Below are positions 8,162 to 17,152 of a DNA stretch of 64,000 bases, in pieces. Origin of the DNA: Pseudomonas phage PhiPA3; sequence record HQ630627.1. One strand, given 5' to 3'. Made by a program: the position numbers and the translations under genes. The notes under the pieces are model-generated. The model did not search any database, was not told the origin of the DNA, and saw nothing but the letters and a program-made list of their open reading frames with translations. Position 1 is the stretch's first letter; every line of letters starts with the position of its first letter.

Positions 8162-8621
8162 AAAGGTCAAGTTCTATTCGCGCTTGGCTGCAATGGCTGT
8201 GACACAACCACATTACGTGATCTCCATTGGGGAAGCAAATGACGGCTGTGTATTGGACCCCGAACACAAATCGGTACTGCGTCTGGAGTTCGACGATATC
8301 CCTTATCACGTCGATGGGTATCGTCTGTTCTCGTTGACTGACGCAAGACGAATTTTAAGGTGGCTACGAGACGTTCCTGAGAACGAAACCGTTATAGTCC
8401 ACTGTGAGGCAGGGGTCAGCCGATCGGCTGCTGTAGCGCAATTCATGGTCGATCACCAGGGGTATGAACTGGAGAAAGATCAGTACTGTAATGGGAGCTT
8501 CCTGTGTGCCAATGGCCATGTTTACGGCACACTAAGAATGACTGCGTTGGAAATTACTGACCAGTACCTTCTTATGGAAGCTGAATATGATCGCAAAGTA
8601 AAGGGTATTCCCCAATGGTAG
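8154..8621 (+). CDS. Cys-based protein phosphatase fold (dual-specificity/PTP-like; could act on protein or nucleic-acid substrates)
   Basis: 155 aa; catalytic signature VIVHCEAGVSRSAAV = HCxAGxxR(S/T) P-loop; upstream Asp-containing region. Confidence 0.7.
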   Translation: MSRKVKFYSRLAAMAVTQPHYVISIGEANDGCVLDPEHKSVLRLEFDDIPYHVDGYRLFSLTDARRILRWLRDVPENETVIVHCEAGVSRSAAVAQFMVDHQGYELEKDQYCNGSFLCANGHVYGTLRMTALEITDQYLLMEAEYDRKVKGIPQW

Positions 8622-8827
8622 CATCACGCTTAGCGCCACCTCCTCCACCGGGTTCTATTCTGGTGAAGGATGTACGAGATCACATCCAGGAGATGGTTGC
8701 ATCGGAAATGGGTCCGATCGAGAATGCTTGGAAATTGGAAGACTGTAAGTACATACCCAAGGCTGGGCTGGCTCTACTACAGGAAGACATCCACAAGCTT
8801 CTACGTAAACACTTTCGAGGAGAATAA
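8615..8827 (+). CDS. hypothetical protein
   Basis: 70-aa ORF overlapping the previous stop. Confidence 0.45.
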   Translation: MVASRLAPPPPPGSILVKDVRDHIQEMVASEMGPIENAWKLEDCKYIPKAGLALLQEDIHKLLRKHFRGE

Positions 8828-8829
8828 CC

Positions 8830-9189
8830 ATGAGCATCACTCTGAACCAACCGCTGGTCCCTGCACTCCGGGAATTCATGTGGGACGTAAGTCGCTCCGA
8901 AGGGGGTATGGTGCGAACCCAAGCCGACCAAAGTGCGATCATCGATGTCGGTAGACCTGATGAAGATTTAATTGAGAATCCGACGGTCCGCGAAAACGAA
9001 GCCTACAACTACGGGGTAATTGCGGGTTCCCTGGGGTTGATGGATTACTTGGTTGACAAGGGGTATTCCATTATTGATCCGGCTGGAATCAAGGTGGAGC
9101 GAGCAGAGAACAAAAGCTTCCTGGAAACCTTCTCTGAGAAAAACTGGCTTAATGTAGCTACTGGCGAAACCGACGACGCGCCTTTCTAA
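8830..9189 (+). CDS. hypothetical acidic protein
   Basis: 119-aa ORF; RBS gaggagaataaccATG. Confidence 0.6.
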   Translation: MSITLNQPLVPALREFMWDVSRSEGGMVRTQADQSAIIDVGRPDEDLIENPTVRENEAYNYGVIAGSLGLMDYLVDKGYSIIDPAGIKVERAENKSFLETFSEKNWLNVATGETDDAPF

Positions 9190-9228
9190 GACTAATGGCG
9201 TCGTAACTAATCTAAATAAGGAAAATAC

Positions 9229-10620
9229 ATGGAAAACGTACTGGCCGAACTGAAACCCATTAAGGAAGGTTTCGGTGTCGTTGAAGAGACTCGCAAACTA
9301 GCGCGTATCGTCGAGATCGATGACGTAATCAAACACCCCAATGCCGATGCACTTGAACTGGCCATCGTTGGTGGTTGGCAACTGTGTGTGAAACTCGGTG
9401 AATACAAGAAGGGTGATCGCGCGATTTATTGCGAGATTGATTCTCTCCTGCCCCTGTCCAATATCGAACTCTTCGGTTTCCTCGAAGCGCGTCGTTCGGA
9501 CAACCGTCGTGTTAACGGCGTGAACTACCACCGGCTGAAGACCATCAAACTGCGTAAGGAACTTTCGCAGGGTCTGCTGGTGCCGGTACCGGCTGAATTC
9601 AAAGATGAACCAGTTGATACCAACCTGACCCTGAAGCTGGGTATTCTGAAATATGAATCCGCTCCGCAGATGGAACCCAAGGCTCGTATCGGTCGTGACG
9701 CCCCGTTCTTCGTGAAACTGGGCGCTCGGCTGATCGGTGATCTGGGCGGTGCTCTGCTCCCGTGGCCGAGCATGCTGACTAAGTCGGACCAAGATCGCAT
9801 TCAGAACAAAGGCGTAGCTTTCCATACTGTCAAGGAACAAGGTGACGACATGGAAGTCACCTACAAACTCGACGGTAGCTCGATGACCGTGTTCTGTGTG
9901 AATGACAAGGTTGTCCGCACTGGCGTCTGTTCGCGTAACTACGAACTGGGTACCAGTGAAGCCAACTGGACCTTCACTGAACAAGTACGTTACTGGCTGG
10001 GGAACTTCCTGATCCGTAACCGTAACGTGTTCAAGCTGAGGACCTGGTTCCGTCGTGAAGACGGCGTCCTGGAAGGTCCGCGTAAACCACGTTGGGGTCT
10101 GATCATTCCGGAATGGGTGAAGCGTGTCGATACCTCCGACAACAACTTCATCCGCGTTACTCGTGAACTTAAGATCCGCGAGAAGCTGGTGGACTACCTC
10201 CAGGCTACTGGTCGCTTCATTACTGTTCAAGGTGAACTGATTGGTCCGGATATCCAGGACAACTTTGAAGGTGTGGACAAGCCCGAATACTACGTGTACT
10301 CGGTGTACGAAGATGGTAACATCGTACTGCTCCCGAAAGAAGCACGTAAAATCGTAGCTGAACTCGGTCTGAACTACGTACCGCTGTTTGATCCCGAGTG
10401 GAAACCTACCGCTGAAACCACCGGCAAAGATGTTCTGGCGATGGCTGAAGGTCCGTCTGCGTTCAAGAACAAACGGGGCTACCGGGAAGGTCTGGTGTTC
10501 AAGTCCAATCAACGAGTACTGTCTTGGAAGGCAATCTCGAATCGCTACCTTCTGAAGCAAGAAGAAGAGCTGGAAAAGAAAGCCAAAGCCGAAGAAGCAG
10601 CTGAAGCTGTAGTAGCCTAA
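9229..10620 (+). CDS. ATP-dependent RNA ligase (nucleotidyltransferase KxDG superfamily) with N-terminal tRNA-binding-like OB (Myf/EMAP-type) domain
   Basis: 463 aa. The N-terminal VIKHPNADALELAIVGGWQLCVKLGEYKKGDRAIYCEIDSLLP resembles tRNA-binding OB domains. Motif I TYKLDGSS (KxDG), a YEDGNIVL-like motif III/IIIa region and motif IV REGLVFKS (EGxVxK) are present. RBS aaggaaaatacATG. Confidence 0.75.
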   Translation: MENVLAELKPIKEGFGVVEETRKLARIVEIDDVIKHPNADALELAIVGGWQLCVKLGEYKKGDRAIYCEIDSLLPLSNIELFGFLEARRSDNRRVNGVNYHRLKTIKLRKELSQGLLVPVPAEFKDEPVDTNLTLKLGILKYESAPQMEPKARIGRDAPFFVKLGARLIGDLGGALLPWPSMLTKSDQDRIQNKGVAFHTVKEQGDDMEVTYKLDGSSMTVFCVNDKVVRTGVCSRNYELGTSEANWTFTEQVRYWLGNFLIRNRNVFKLRTWFRREDGVLEGPRKPRWGLIIPEWVKRVDTSDNNFIRVTRELKIREKLVDYLQATGRFITVQGELIGPDIQDNFEGVDKPEYYVYSVYEDGNIVLLPKEARKIVAELGLNYVPLFDPEWKPTAETTGKDVLAMAEGPSAFKNKRGYREGLVFKSNQRVLSWKAISNRYLLKQEEELEKKAKAEEAAEAVVA

Positions 10621-10621
10621 C

Positions 10622-10654
10622 GGCATACGGGGAGGCTTCGGCCTCCCTTTCTAT
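10622..10654 (+). terminator. rho-independent terminator (GGGGAGGC-UUCG-GCCUCCC plus UUUCUAUUU)
   Basis: stem-loop plus T-rich tail after the RNA ligase stop. Confidence 0.7.
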
Positions 10655-10673
10655 TTAACAAGAGGCCATTACA

Positions 10674-10970
10674 ATGCGTTTAGTTTGGAAAGACCAAAGC
10701 GATGTGATGCTCGACTCCATCACGAAATTGGCTACACCGATTCCCATGGATCTAATACCCATGATCCGACGTGCATTGGAGGGGTTTGAAAAGCCCTACC
10801 ATATTTCCATCACGCTGGTTCTGAAAACCGACTGGCTTAATCTGTTCGCAAGAAAGTGGAACAGCATACCAACCCAGCGATACCACCTGCGGATGGAATA
10901 CAATACAGGATACGTCTGGGATACGCTGATTGATGCTAAGGGTACATGCACTAAGAGGGCCATTCAATGA
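10674..10970 (+). CDS. hypothetical protein
   Basis: 98-aa ORF; RBS agaggccattacaATG. Confidence 0.55.
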   Translation: MRLVWKDQSDVMLDSITKLATPIPMDLIPMIRRALEGFEKPYHISITLVLKTDWLNLFARKWNSIPTQRYHLRMEYNTGYVWDTLIDAKGTCTKRAIQ

Positions 10971-11434
10971 GTTGGCAACTACCCTACAACCATCCCAAGC
11001 GTAAGCTGGTTAAAACCAATCCATTGACTTGGATTCCTTATTTCATCCAATGGCTTCGCACCGGTAAGGGTTACCATAACCTGACCCCCATTGGTGAATT
11101 GTGGGCGTTGGGTTTGATCTTGCTGGTATGGCTCTTCTACATCTCCTATGCATGGTTCCTTTACGCGTTTCGTGCAAAGATGTGGATTGGTCGTGCTGAT
11201 CAGCTCGGGGACTGGATGCGGCAGAACTATAATCGTTATCAGTGCGATATGGCGTATTCTGCTGAAACGTTCAATGAACCCGATGCAATCGTAACGATCA
11301 CTATCCGTAAACACCCGATCTTCATAGGTCCAGAATTCATGCGGATTGAATCTCCGGGTTTCCGTGGGAAGATCCTGGAAGATAAAGTCTATTACTGGGA
11401 AAATAGGATTCCTGATGATCTCACGAAAAAGTAA
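10967..11434 (+). CDS. membrane protein (central TM segment)
   Basis: 155 aa; ATGA overlap; hydrophobic LGLILLVWLFYISYAWFLYAF. Confidence 0.6.
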   Translation: MSWQLPYNHPKRKLVKTNPLTWIPYFIQWLRTGKGYHNLTPIGELWALGLILLVWLFYISYAWFLYAFRAKMWIGRADQLGDWMRQNYNRYQCDMAYSAETFNEPDAIVTITIRKHPIFIGPEFMRIESPGFRGKILEDKVYYWENRIPDDLTKK

Positions 11435-11777
11435 TAAGCCTATTACGGGCTGTGAACCAAACTTGGCTACTATCATCATTATTGGTGGGTATTGCCTGGT
11501 GGTCTGTTTGCTCCACGTATTGTTCGTGGGGTGGTGGAAGTTCCTGTTTTGTCGGAAAGAATGGCATGTACTCGACTTGGGTGTGGCTACCGAAGACGAT
11601 ATCAACTGCCATTTTGCGCGTTCCGGTAAACTGGTTGAAAATGAACTGCATTCGATGTTGCATCGGTTCAATCGTCGTAAATGTGTTTACTGGGAAATTC
11701 GCCAACATCCGTTCTTTGTAGGGAACGATATTCTTATTATTCGCCAAGGTAATTTCAGGCGATGGGTCGTTGTTTAA
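11415..11777 (+). CDS. small membrane protein
   Basis: track 11346..11777; in-frame ATG at 11415 near the upstream stop; TM segment ATIIIIGGYCLVVCLLHVLFVGWW; start uncertain. Confidence 0.4.
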   Translation: MISRKSNKPITGCEPNLATIIIIGGYCLVVCLLHVLFVGWWKFLFCRKEWHVLDLGVATEDDINCHFARSGKLVENELHSMLHRFNRRKCVYWEIRQHPFFVGNDILIIRQGNFRRWVVV

Positions 11778-11826
11778 AAGATAACTAGGAACACTAATAC
11801 TCTGCTAATTGCTGTAAGGAGTTGTT

Positions 11827-12036
11827 GTGAACGAGCAAGAAAAGCTCAAGGAACTCAGTATCCGTGTACATCAGACTGGGGACTGGCAGATCTTCTGGAC
11901 GGTCTTGGTAATATTCTGGTGTGCCGGGGTTGCAGCAGGTAAAACAACACCTGAGAAATTCTTTGCCTTGATCCCACCCTATGGTGTCTATAAAGGCGTT
12001 GAACTGTTTTTGACCAAGCTAGGATTTTTGATATGA
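11827..12036 (+). CDS. small membrane protein (GTG start)
   Basis: 69 aa; strong RBS gtaaggagttgttGTG; TM WQIFWTVLVIFWCAGVAAG. Confidence 0.5.
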   Translation: MNEQEKLKELSIRVHQTGDWQIFWTVLVIFWCAGVAAGKTTPEKFFALIPPYGVYKGVELFLTKLGFLI

Positions 12037-12578
12037 CTCACGAAGAAGTAGTAACCGAACGCACTGAAACTCCCCTGAGCCCTGCGCAGGTCTACGACAT
12101 CGCTCGTGCTATCCCTCTAGTGGCACAGCGCATCAAAACTGAATGCATGGATGACGTGACTCCGGAAGAAAAAGACTTCAACGCTGACGTGGAACGTAAG
12201 TATAACCATGACAAAGGTCTGAAGCTGCTGGAGTCTATGGGTATTCCGAGTACTGTAGAAGGTGTTGCTGAGAAGACGGATTGGTACTTCCAAGCCGAAC
12301 TCATCGGTCCGGTACGTTACAAGAAAGGTGAATACATCGTTCTGTACCCGCAGGTGGGTTATTCTCCGCAGGATGTCACTCAGGGTACTCTGATCGCTGA
12401 AGTCCTTACCGATATTGAATTCCCGTCTGACGTTGATCTCAAGTCATCTTTTGGTGAAAATCTGGAATACGCATTGCGTCCCTATGTTGATGCTGGTCAG
12501 CTTCGTCTGATCAAGCCCACTGGCGCACGTATGTATACCAGTTATTCCAAATGGTCCTTCGAGGATAAATTTAAATGA
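12033..12578 (+). CDS. hypothetical protein
   Basis: 181-aa ORF, ATGA overlap. Confidence 0.65.
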   Translation: MTHEEVVTERTETPLSPAQVYDIARAIPLVAQRIKTECMDDVTPEEKDFNADVERKYNHDKGLKLLESMGIPSTVEGVAEKTDWYFQAELIGPVRYKKGEYIVLYPQVGYSPQDVTQGTLIAEVLTDIEFPSDVDLKSSFGENLEYALRPYVDAGQLRLIKPTGARMYTSYSKWSFEDKFK

Positions 12579-13162
12579 CAACCCTGAAAGAACAGCTGGA
12601 ACAACTGGGACTGACGGAGGAATTCAAAAACCTCTTCATGTTCCAACACCATGATGGAGAATTTTATCTTCAAAATGGCGTCAAAGATAAAGCTCGCGAA
12701 TGGCTCATCTCGAAAGGGGTGAGCGCTGCGGAATTTATTCCTAAGTTCCCAAAGCAGCCCACTAAGGTTCTTAAGTACGGAGACTTCTGTGTGAATCAGT
12801 GGGCTGTTGTGGCTCGTGCTAAGGTACAAGCCTACATTGATCTTAAGCTGAAACCGACTTATCAAGCGTTCTGCTATGAGATGGCTGTTCTTAAAGTGGT
12901 TGACCCCGAGCTTCTCCGAGGTTACCCAACAACAGTGGCGTTGCTTGAGCAATTCTTTAAGGAACACAATCTCGTGCTCCGACAGGAATTCCTTAACCCG
13001 TCACTGTTTGAATACGTAAACTCAGTCACTAATTACGAGCATTACGTAGCCTCACGTTACCAGATGCTGAACGGTTATCCGGAGTATTTCCATGACATTG
13101 TATCGGAAAGCAGCCGGGCGCCCGAGTACATCCATGATGGGTGGGCCAGCATCGGCGTATAA
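12575..13162 (+). CDS. hypothetical protein
   Basis: 195-aa ORF, ATGA overlap. Confidence 0.65.
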   Translation: MTTLKEQLEQLGLTEEFKNLFMFQHHDGEFYLQNGVKDKAREWLISKGVSAAEFIPKFPKQPTKVLKYGDFCVNQWAVVARAKVQAYIDLKLKPTYQAFCYEMAVLKVVDPELLRGYPTTVALLEQFFKEHNLVLRQEFLNPSLFEYVNSVTNYEHYVASRYQMLNGYPEYFHDIVSESSRAPEYIHDGWASIGV

Positions 13163-13433
13163 GAAAGTCGAACGTATGGGGAGTCGGGTTCCACCCGATC
13201 CCCTGTTTGACCGTGCGGTATTTGTACCAAAAGACGATCCCATTCCCCACAGTAAGGAAATCCGTGGGGAAGTCGTTCGTGATGAACCAAAGTGCAGCAC
13301 TCCGCTATCCACGGTGAATAATACTGAGGAGTTCCCAACTATAAGAACCTCAGTGATCATTCTACTACTCTTGTCGGGTATTGGAACGATTATTGCTGAT
13401 ACAATTGCTAACGCCTTAAGAGCAACCCACTGA
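13092..13433 (+). CDS. hypothetical protein with C-terminal hydrophobic segment (start uncertain; alternative ATG at 13176)
   Basis: 113-aa ORF overlapping the previous gene by 70 nt; C-terminal IILLLLSGIGTIIADTIANAL. Confidence 0.35.
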   Translation: MTLYRKAAGRPSTSMMGGPASAYKKVERMGSRVPPDPLFDRAVFVPKDDPIPHSKEIRGEVVRDEPKCSTPLSTVNNTEEFPTIRTSVIILLLLSGIGTIIADTIANALRATH

Positions 13434-13450
13434 CCTTAGGAACGATTGTC

Positions 13451-13759
13451 ATGAGTATTAAAGCCATTTGTAGTGAGCTTCTTTCCTGTGTTGATTTCGC
13501 CTTGACTATGGGGTTGGCGAATCGGTTGTTTGGCCAGGAACGCATAGAAGGGACTGGGGTGGAAGTGTCCCAGGTCATGGCTCATTATGAGAAATATGGT
13601 TGGAACGAAGAACGGAGTCTAGAGCTGGATCGGATGATCTATGAACTCGATGCGGACGCTCATTGGGTAGCTAAGATTATCCCATCGATGTTCAAGCCTG
13701 GCAAAGCCCGGTTTGTATTTCAAGGTGGTGGTTTCACCATAGACTACAACTTCGTTTAG
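13451..13759 (+). CDS. hypothetical protein
   Basis: 102-aa ORF. Confidence 0.55.
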   Translation: MSIKAICSELLSCVDFALTMGLANRLFGQERIEGTGVEVSQVMAHYEKYGWNEERSLELDRMIYELDADAHWVAKIIPSMFKPGKARFVFQGGGFTIDYNFV

Positions 13760-13769
13760 GATAATACAA

Positions 13770-14273
13770 ATGGAAAAGGTGTGGACATGCACCGAGGAAT
13801 ACCTCGAAGCATGGATGCGTTGCCTGTGGTTAGAACAGCCCATGCGTCTACCAGAAGCCGATCTGAATTATCTGGTAGGTAAGTTCTATCAAGCCGTGAA
13901 GATCTTCCATCAACGTGGGCCTACCACCAATGCCGCTATGTGGAATGGCTTGACTCGATACTGGTGGGCATGGCGATTTCTAACCGAAGAGCAACAGCGG
14001 GTATGGATGGAACATAATCCCGTGATGTGGGAATACTGGCAAACTGAAACAGCCTGTCATATTCCAGCAATGGAAGAAGCCATTAAGGAAGGCAAGGTTA
14101 CCGCCTCGGAAATATTCAGACCCGAAAGATACGTTATGGATATGTACAAGGTCGCAATGGCGTTCATTGGAATGCCAACTCAAGCTCAACAGGTGGCTTT
14201 GATTGAGAAACTTAAACCTGAGGTGGATAAATGCAAGTTGGAATTGGCGAAGGCTAAGCTGGGGTTAGCTTAA
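13770..14273 (+). CDS. hypothetical Trp-rich protein
   Basis: 167-aa ORF followed by a terminator. Confidence 0.6.
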   Translation: MEKVWTCTEEYLEAWMRCLWLEQPMRLPEADLNYLVGKFYQAVKIFHQRGPTTNAAMWNGLTRYWWAWRFLTEEQQRVWMEHNPVMWEYWQTETACHIPAMEEAIKEGKVTASEIFRPERYVMDMYKVAMAFIGMPTQAQQVALIEKLKPEVDKCKLELAKAKLGLA

Positions 14274-14274
14274 C

Positions 14275-14298
14275 GCTGCCTTCGGGCAGCTTTATGCT
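14275..14298 (+). terminator. rho-independent terminator (GCUGCC-UUCG-GGCAGC plus UUUAUGCUGUU)
   Basis: stem-loop immediately after the stop. Confidence 0.65.
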
Positions 14299-14325
14299 GT
14301 TTAATCAATGTAAAGAATTTCAAGG

Positions 14326-14334
14326 CTATATTAC
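14326..14334 (+). promoter_or_regulatory. promoter-like element, core CTATATTAC (class B: ..aaggCTATATTACaacaaTGAA)
   Basis: conserved 9-mer ~45 nt upstream of ATG 14379, downstream of a terminator. Confidence 0.5.
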
Positions 14335-14378
14335 AACAATGAATTTAACCCATCTAAAATCCAATAGGGAAATCAAAT

Positions 14379-14873
14379 ATGTTCTGCGTACAACAACCGA
14401 ATTCTACACCGCAGGTAATGCTGCAAGGTCCAGGTCCCACAATGAATAAATTAGATGCTCTGTACCTGATCCAGAAGGCCCAACTCGAAGCCATTCTGGG
14501 TGTCTACACAAGTCACTACCGAAAAGATGCCTGTAATGACTTCCAATCCCTCACCTTTGGTATGGATGGCAAAGACGCTACCGTCTATGCCGGTTGGATG
14601 TCTGAAGGTGGTTCTCGGAGTGTGGCTCATTTCAAGGTCGTCAACCTACGGACCAATCAATCATGGCTGTTCTGTCAGAACTACAATTTCAACGTCGCAA
14701 TGAACGTTGAGATCTGGAAAGGTGACGTGGACAATAATGAGAAACTCAAAGATGGTAATGAGGGCTTCACTCTGGACGAAAGCAATGAGTTCGAGTGGGC
14801 ATTGGGTTACTTGACCGAGAGTTTGGCCGAATGGATGGAGTACCATCCAACCAACAAAGATACAATCAACTGA
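14379..14873 (+). CDS. hypothetical protein
   Basis: 164-aa ORF; RBS agggaaatcaaatATG. Confidence 0.65.
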   Translation: MFCVQQPNSTPQVMLQGPGPTMNKLDALYLIQKAQLEAILGVYTSHYRKDACNDFQSLTFGMDGKDATVYAGWMSEGGSRSVAHFKVVNLRTNQSWLFCQNYNFNVAMNVEIWKGDVDNNEKLKDGNEGFTLDESNEFEWALGYLTESLAEWMEYHPTNKDTIN

Positions 14874-14874
14874 C

Positions 14875-14918
14875 GGCATAAGCCCTCTCCTTCGGGAGAG
14901 GGCGCTATGTCTATTTCT
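14875..14918 (+). terminator. rho-independent terminator (GGCAUAAGCCCUCUCC-UUCG-GGAGAGGGC plus U-rich)
   Basis: 9-bp stem, UUCG loop, tctatttcttt. Confidence 0.7.
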
Positions 14919-14980
14919 TTGGACTGGAAAAATATATCTGAGGTATACATTATCTGGGCGATGGCTGTAAGGAGCAGTAG

Positions 14981-15505
14981 ATGTCGACAGAAGAAATCCA
15001 TCCAGTGGTAAAAAACATCATCTACGAGGCTCTACGCAAAGGGCACGACGCCGTGAGCGCGATGGAGATGTACGAAGGGTTCTTATTGGACCTGGTCGAT
15101 AATGGGGTAAAAAGAAAAGGTATGTTGACGGCCTACGCTCAGAGTGGGTTTTTCATCAATATGAAATATCCTAAGACCACGCCACCTATAGCTCGTTACA
15201 TTACTCCCACTGGAGAACATTTAGGATTCATCGAGATCTTTACCCCGTATGACAACGTACGCAATAAAAGGCAAGCGGAGGAATACGATCATGGAACGCG
15301 CTGGTTCACTGTCATGTATGACCGCATCATGTACTTCGGTGCAGATGAGGGTAATTGCCTGACTATTGCTGAAATCAAGAAGACGTATACTGCATTAAAA
15401 GAGGTACCTCCGGATGATTTTATCTGGACGCGTAATGGGTATTTCTTTGATCCAACAGAATCCATTTTCAAACAAGCACTAGGAGAAACTAATGAATCTC
15501 AGTAA
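14981..15505 (+). CDS. hypothetical protein
   Basis: 174-aa ORF; RBS aggagcagtagATG. Confidence 0.65.
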   Translation: MSTEEIHPVVKNIIYEALRKGHDAVSAMEMYEGFLLDLVDNGVKRKGMLTAYAQSGFFINMKYPKTTPPIARYITPTGEHLGFIEIFTPYDNVRNKRQAEEYDHGTRWFTVMYDRIMYFGADEGNCLTIAEIKKTYTALKEVPPDDFIWTRNGYFFDPTESIFKQALGETNESQ

Positions 15506-16406
15506 AGAAGACATGGGCGTTGTGGTCGCGCACCTGTACGATGCCATCATCAATTGGCGTATTCGCGGGATAAAATTCACCACCGAAGACATGGTGCGAC
15601 TCGGTAAACAGTACAATATCACCAAGCGCAGTATTCTAGACATCATTGCCGGGATGATGCGTTGGGATATGATCAATCGACTGACCGCGGTGGCCAGTCT
15701 TGGTGATAGAGCCGATGCTCTTATTGATGGGACTATTCTTGGCTATTATGCCTTCGTGGCCGAAGATAAGACCATCCGTGATATCCCGCAGTTGGGATTG
15801 GTTCTAAAAGAAGCGCGGGTCACTCGCAGTGAAGAGTGGTACCAGAAAGGCCATCTCGTTGTGGCCATGACCCGTGAAAGCTTGATTTCCAACATCGCTG
15901 CAACCGTCCAAGTAAAGCGAGCCGATGGAGATTGGCGTTCTAATGACGAATACAGTTCGGGTTTCGCTGACTACGTCACAGCCATCGCGCGCCGACTCTT
16001 TGTCGAGTTTATTGATCGCGGTATTCAGACTAATTGTCAGGATGTAGACCAGCTCATCAAAAGAATGCAGATCATTGGAGCTGTCGACTATAACGGTTAT
16101 TTCGTTAACTTTGACAACAGGAAGTACTTGATTAGCTTCCGGGATAACATTGATATCGATGAGCTGTGCGATTATCAAACCCGTAAAGCTGAATACGTAC
16201 TGGGTCCACAACATGAAGAATGCATCAGTGAACGCGACTTTAAAGCATTTACTGAAACCATGAGTGATATCGGTTTCGTGGTTGCACAGAACGACATTTC
16301 TTCTTCCCATATGTCGTTCGCGTTGGGCGGTGTATACCCATTGCGTGTTACCGTTCAAGTTATAGGTCTAGAAGAACCTTTTAAGCCTTTCATGATCAAG
16401 GAGTAA
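15492..16406 (+). CDS. hypothetical protein
   Basis: 304-aa ORF overlapping the previous stop. Confidence 0.65.
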   Translation: MNLSKEDMGVVVAHLYDAIINWRIRGIKFTTEDMVRLGKQYNITKRSILDIIAGMMRWDMINRLTAVASLGDRADALIDGTILGYYAFVAEDKTIRDIPQLGLVLKEARVTRSEEWYQKGHLVVAMTRESLISNIAATVQVKRADGDWRSNDEYSSGFADYVTAIARRLFVEFIDRGIQTNCQDVDQLIKRMQIIGAVDYNGYFVNFDNRKYLISFRDNIDIDELCDYQTRKAEYVLGPQHEECISERDFKAFTETMSDIGFVVAQNDISSSHMSFALGGVYPLRVTVQVIGLEEPFKPFMIKE

Positions 16407-16409
16407 GTC

Positions 16410-17042
16410 ATGCACCAGGCTATCAATATTGCAAACATGGCGAATCAGGTAAAAGCGATTGTCCGTCAATATCCCACAACACTACACATCGATACCAACA
16501 ACAGCATCAACAAGGCAGCATATTTCTGCGTCAGTGCCTCCAATGCCTTGGGGTTGACTCGTTCGGATAAAACCACTCCGGCGTGGTATCACCAATACTG
16601 GGCAGTGGAAGTTGGCAAGCTGTTTGGGTTGGCACCGGGGGATCTGACCATTCTGTGGTTGCACGATATCGTGGAAGACACTGGCTGGACTCATGAGCAG
16701 ATCTTCCAGCATTTCAGTGGTTATGTGGCTAAGGGTGTTAAAGCCCTAACCCATGAGAAACCTGAAGGTATGGTTCGTTGTGAGTGGATCGCGCTATATC
16801 ACCAGCAATTGGCCGATTCTATCGACACCTATCAGACTATCAAACTGATCGAGTCGATGACTAATCTCTGCACGATTCTGGATGGATCGAAGAAACAAAA
16901 ATTTGCTAAGGTATGGTTGGCTGAGCAGGTCCAGCTACATACCAAACTCGTTAAGGCCCATCCGGTTGTACGCGACGTTTATCATCACCTGCTATCTGAA
17001 ACCCTGGATCGTTACAACGAACTGGTGAATCAAGCAGCATAA
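16410..17042 (+). CDS. HD-domain (p)ppGpp hydrolase-like protein (small alarmone hydrolase, Mesh1/SpoT-hydrolase type)
   Basis: 210 aa; H..(~25 aa)..LWLHDIVEDTGWTHEQIFQHFSGYVAKGVKALT matches the RelA/SpoT HD hydrolase signature (aLLHDvvEDT..t.eei...FG..Va.lV.gvTK). Confidence 0.65.
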   Translation: MHQAINIANMANQVKAIVRQYPTTLHIDTNNSINKAAYFCVSASNALGLTRSDKTTPAWYHQYWAVEVGKLFGLAPGDLTILWLHDIVEDTGWTHEQIFQHFSGYVAKGVKALTHEKPEGMVRCEWIALYHQQLADSIDTYQTIKLIESMTNLCTILDGSKKQKFAKVWLAEQVQLHTKLVKAHPVVRDVYHHLLSETLDRYNELVNQAA

Positions 17043-17049
17043 TGAATAT

Positions 17050-17088
17050 CCCTCCCTTCGGGGAGGGTTTATTCAATTTTCTTTTTTA
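17050..17088 (+). terminator. rho-independent terminator (CCCUCCC-UUCG-GGGAGGG plus UUUAUUCAAUUUUCUUUUUU)
   Basis: stem-loop plus long T-run. Confidence 0.75.
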
Positions 17089-17108
17089 GATTTAAAGCAA
17101 TTAAAAGG

Positions 17109-17117
17109 CTATATTAC
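17109..17117 (+). promoter_or_regulatory. promoter-like element, core CTATATTAC (class B: tttaaagcaattaaaaggCTATATTACaaactCGAA)
   Basis: conserved 9-mer 35 nt upstream of ATG 17153. Confidence 0.5.
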
Positions 17118-17152
17118 AAACTCGAATATCCATTAGGAAAACGGAGTTTGGT

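Noticed and set aside
9298-10626. 442-aa minus-strand ORF antisense to the RNA ligase gene
   Set aside because: The + strand frame carries clear nucleotidyltransferase motifs (KxDG, EGxVxK). The antisense frame is low-complexity (Q/V/T/F-rich) and lacks a start context.
10979-11671. 230-aa minus ORF spanning two + membrane-protein genes
   Set aside because: It overlaps two co-oriented + ORFs that have RBSs and start/stop coupling, and it has no RBS of its own.
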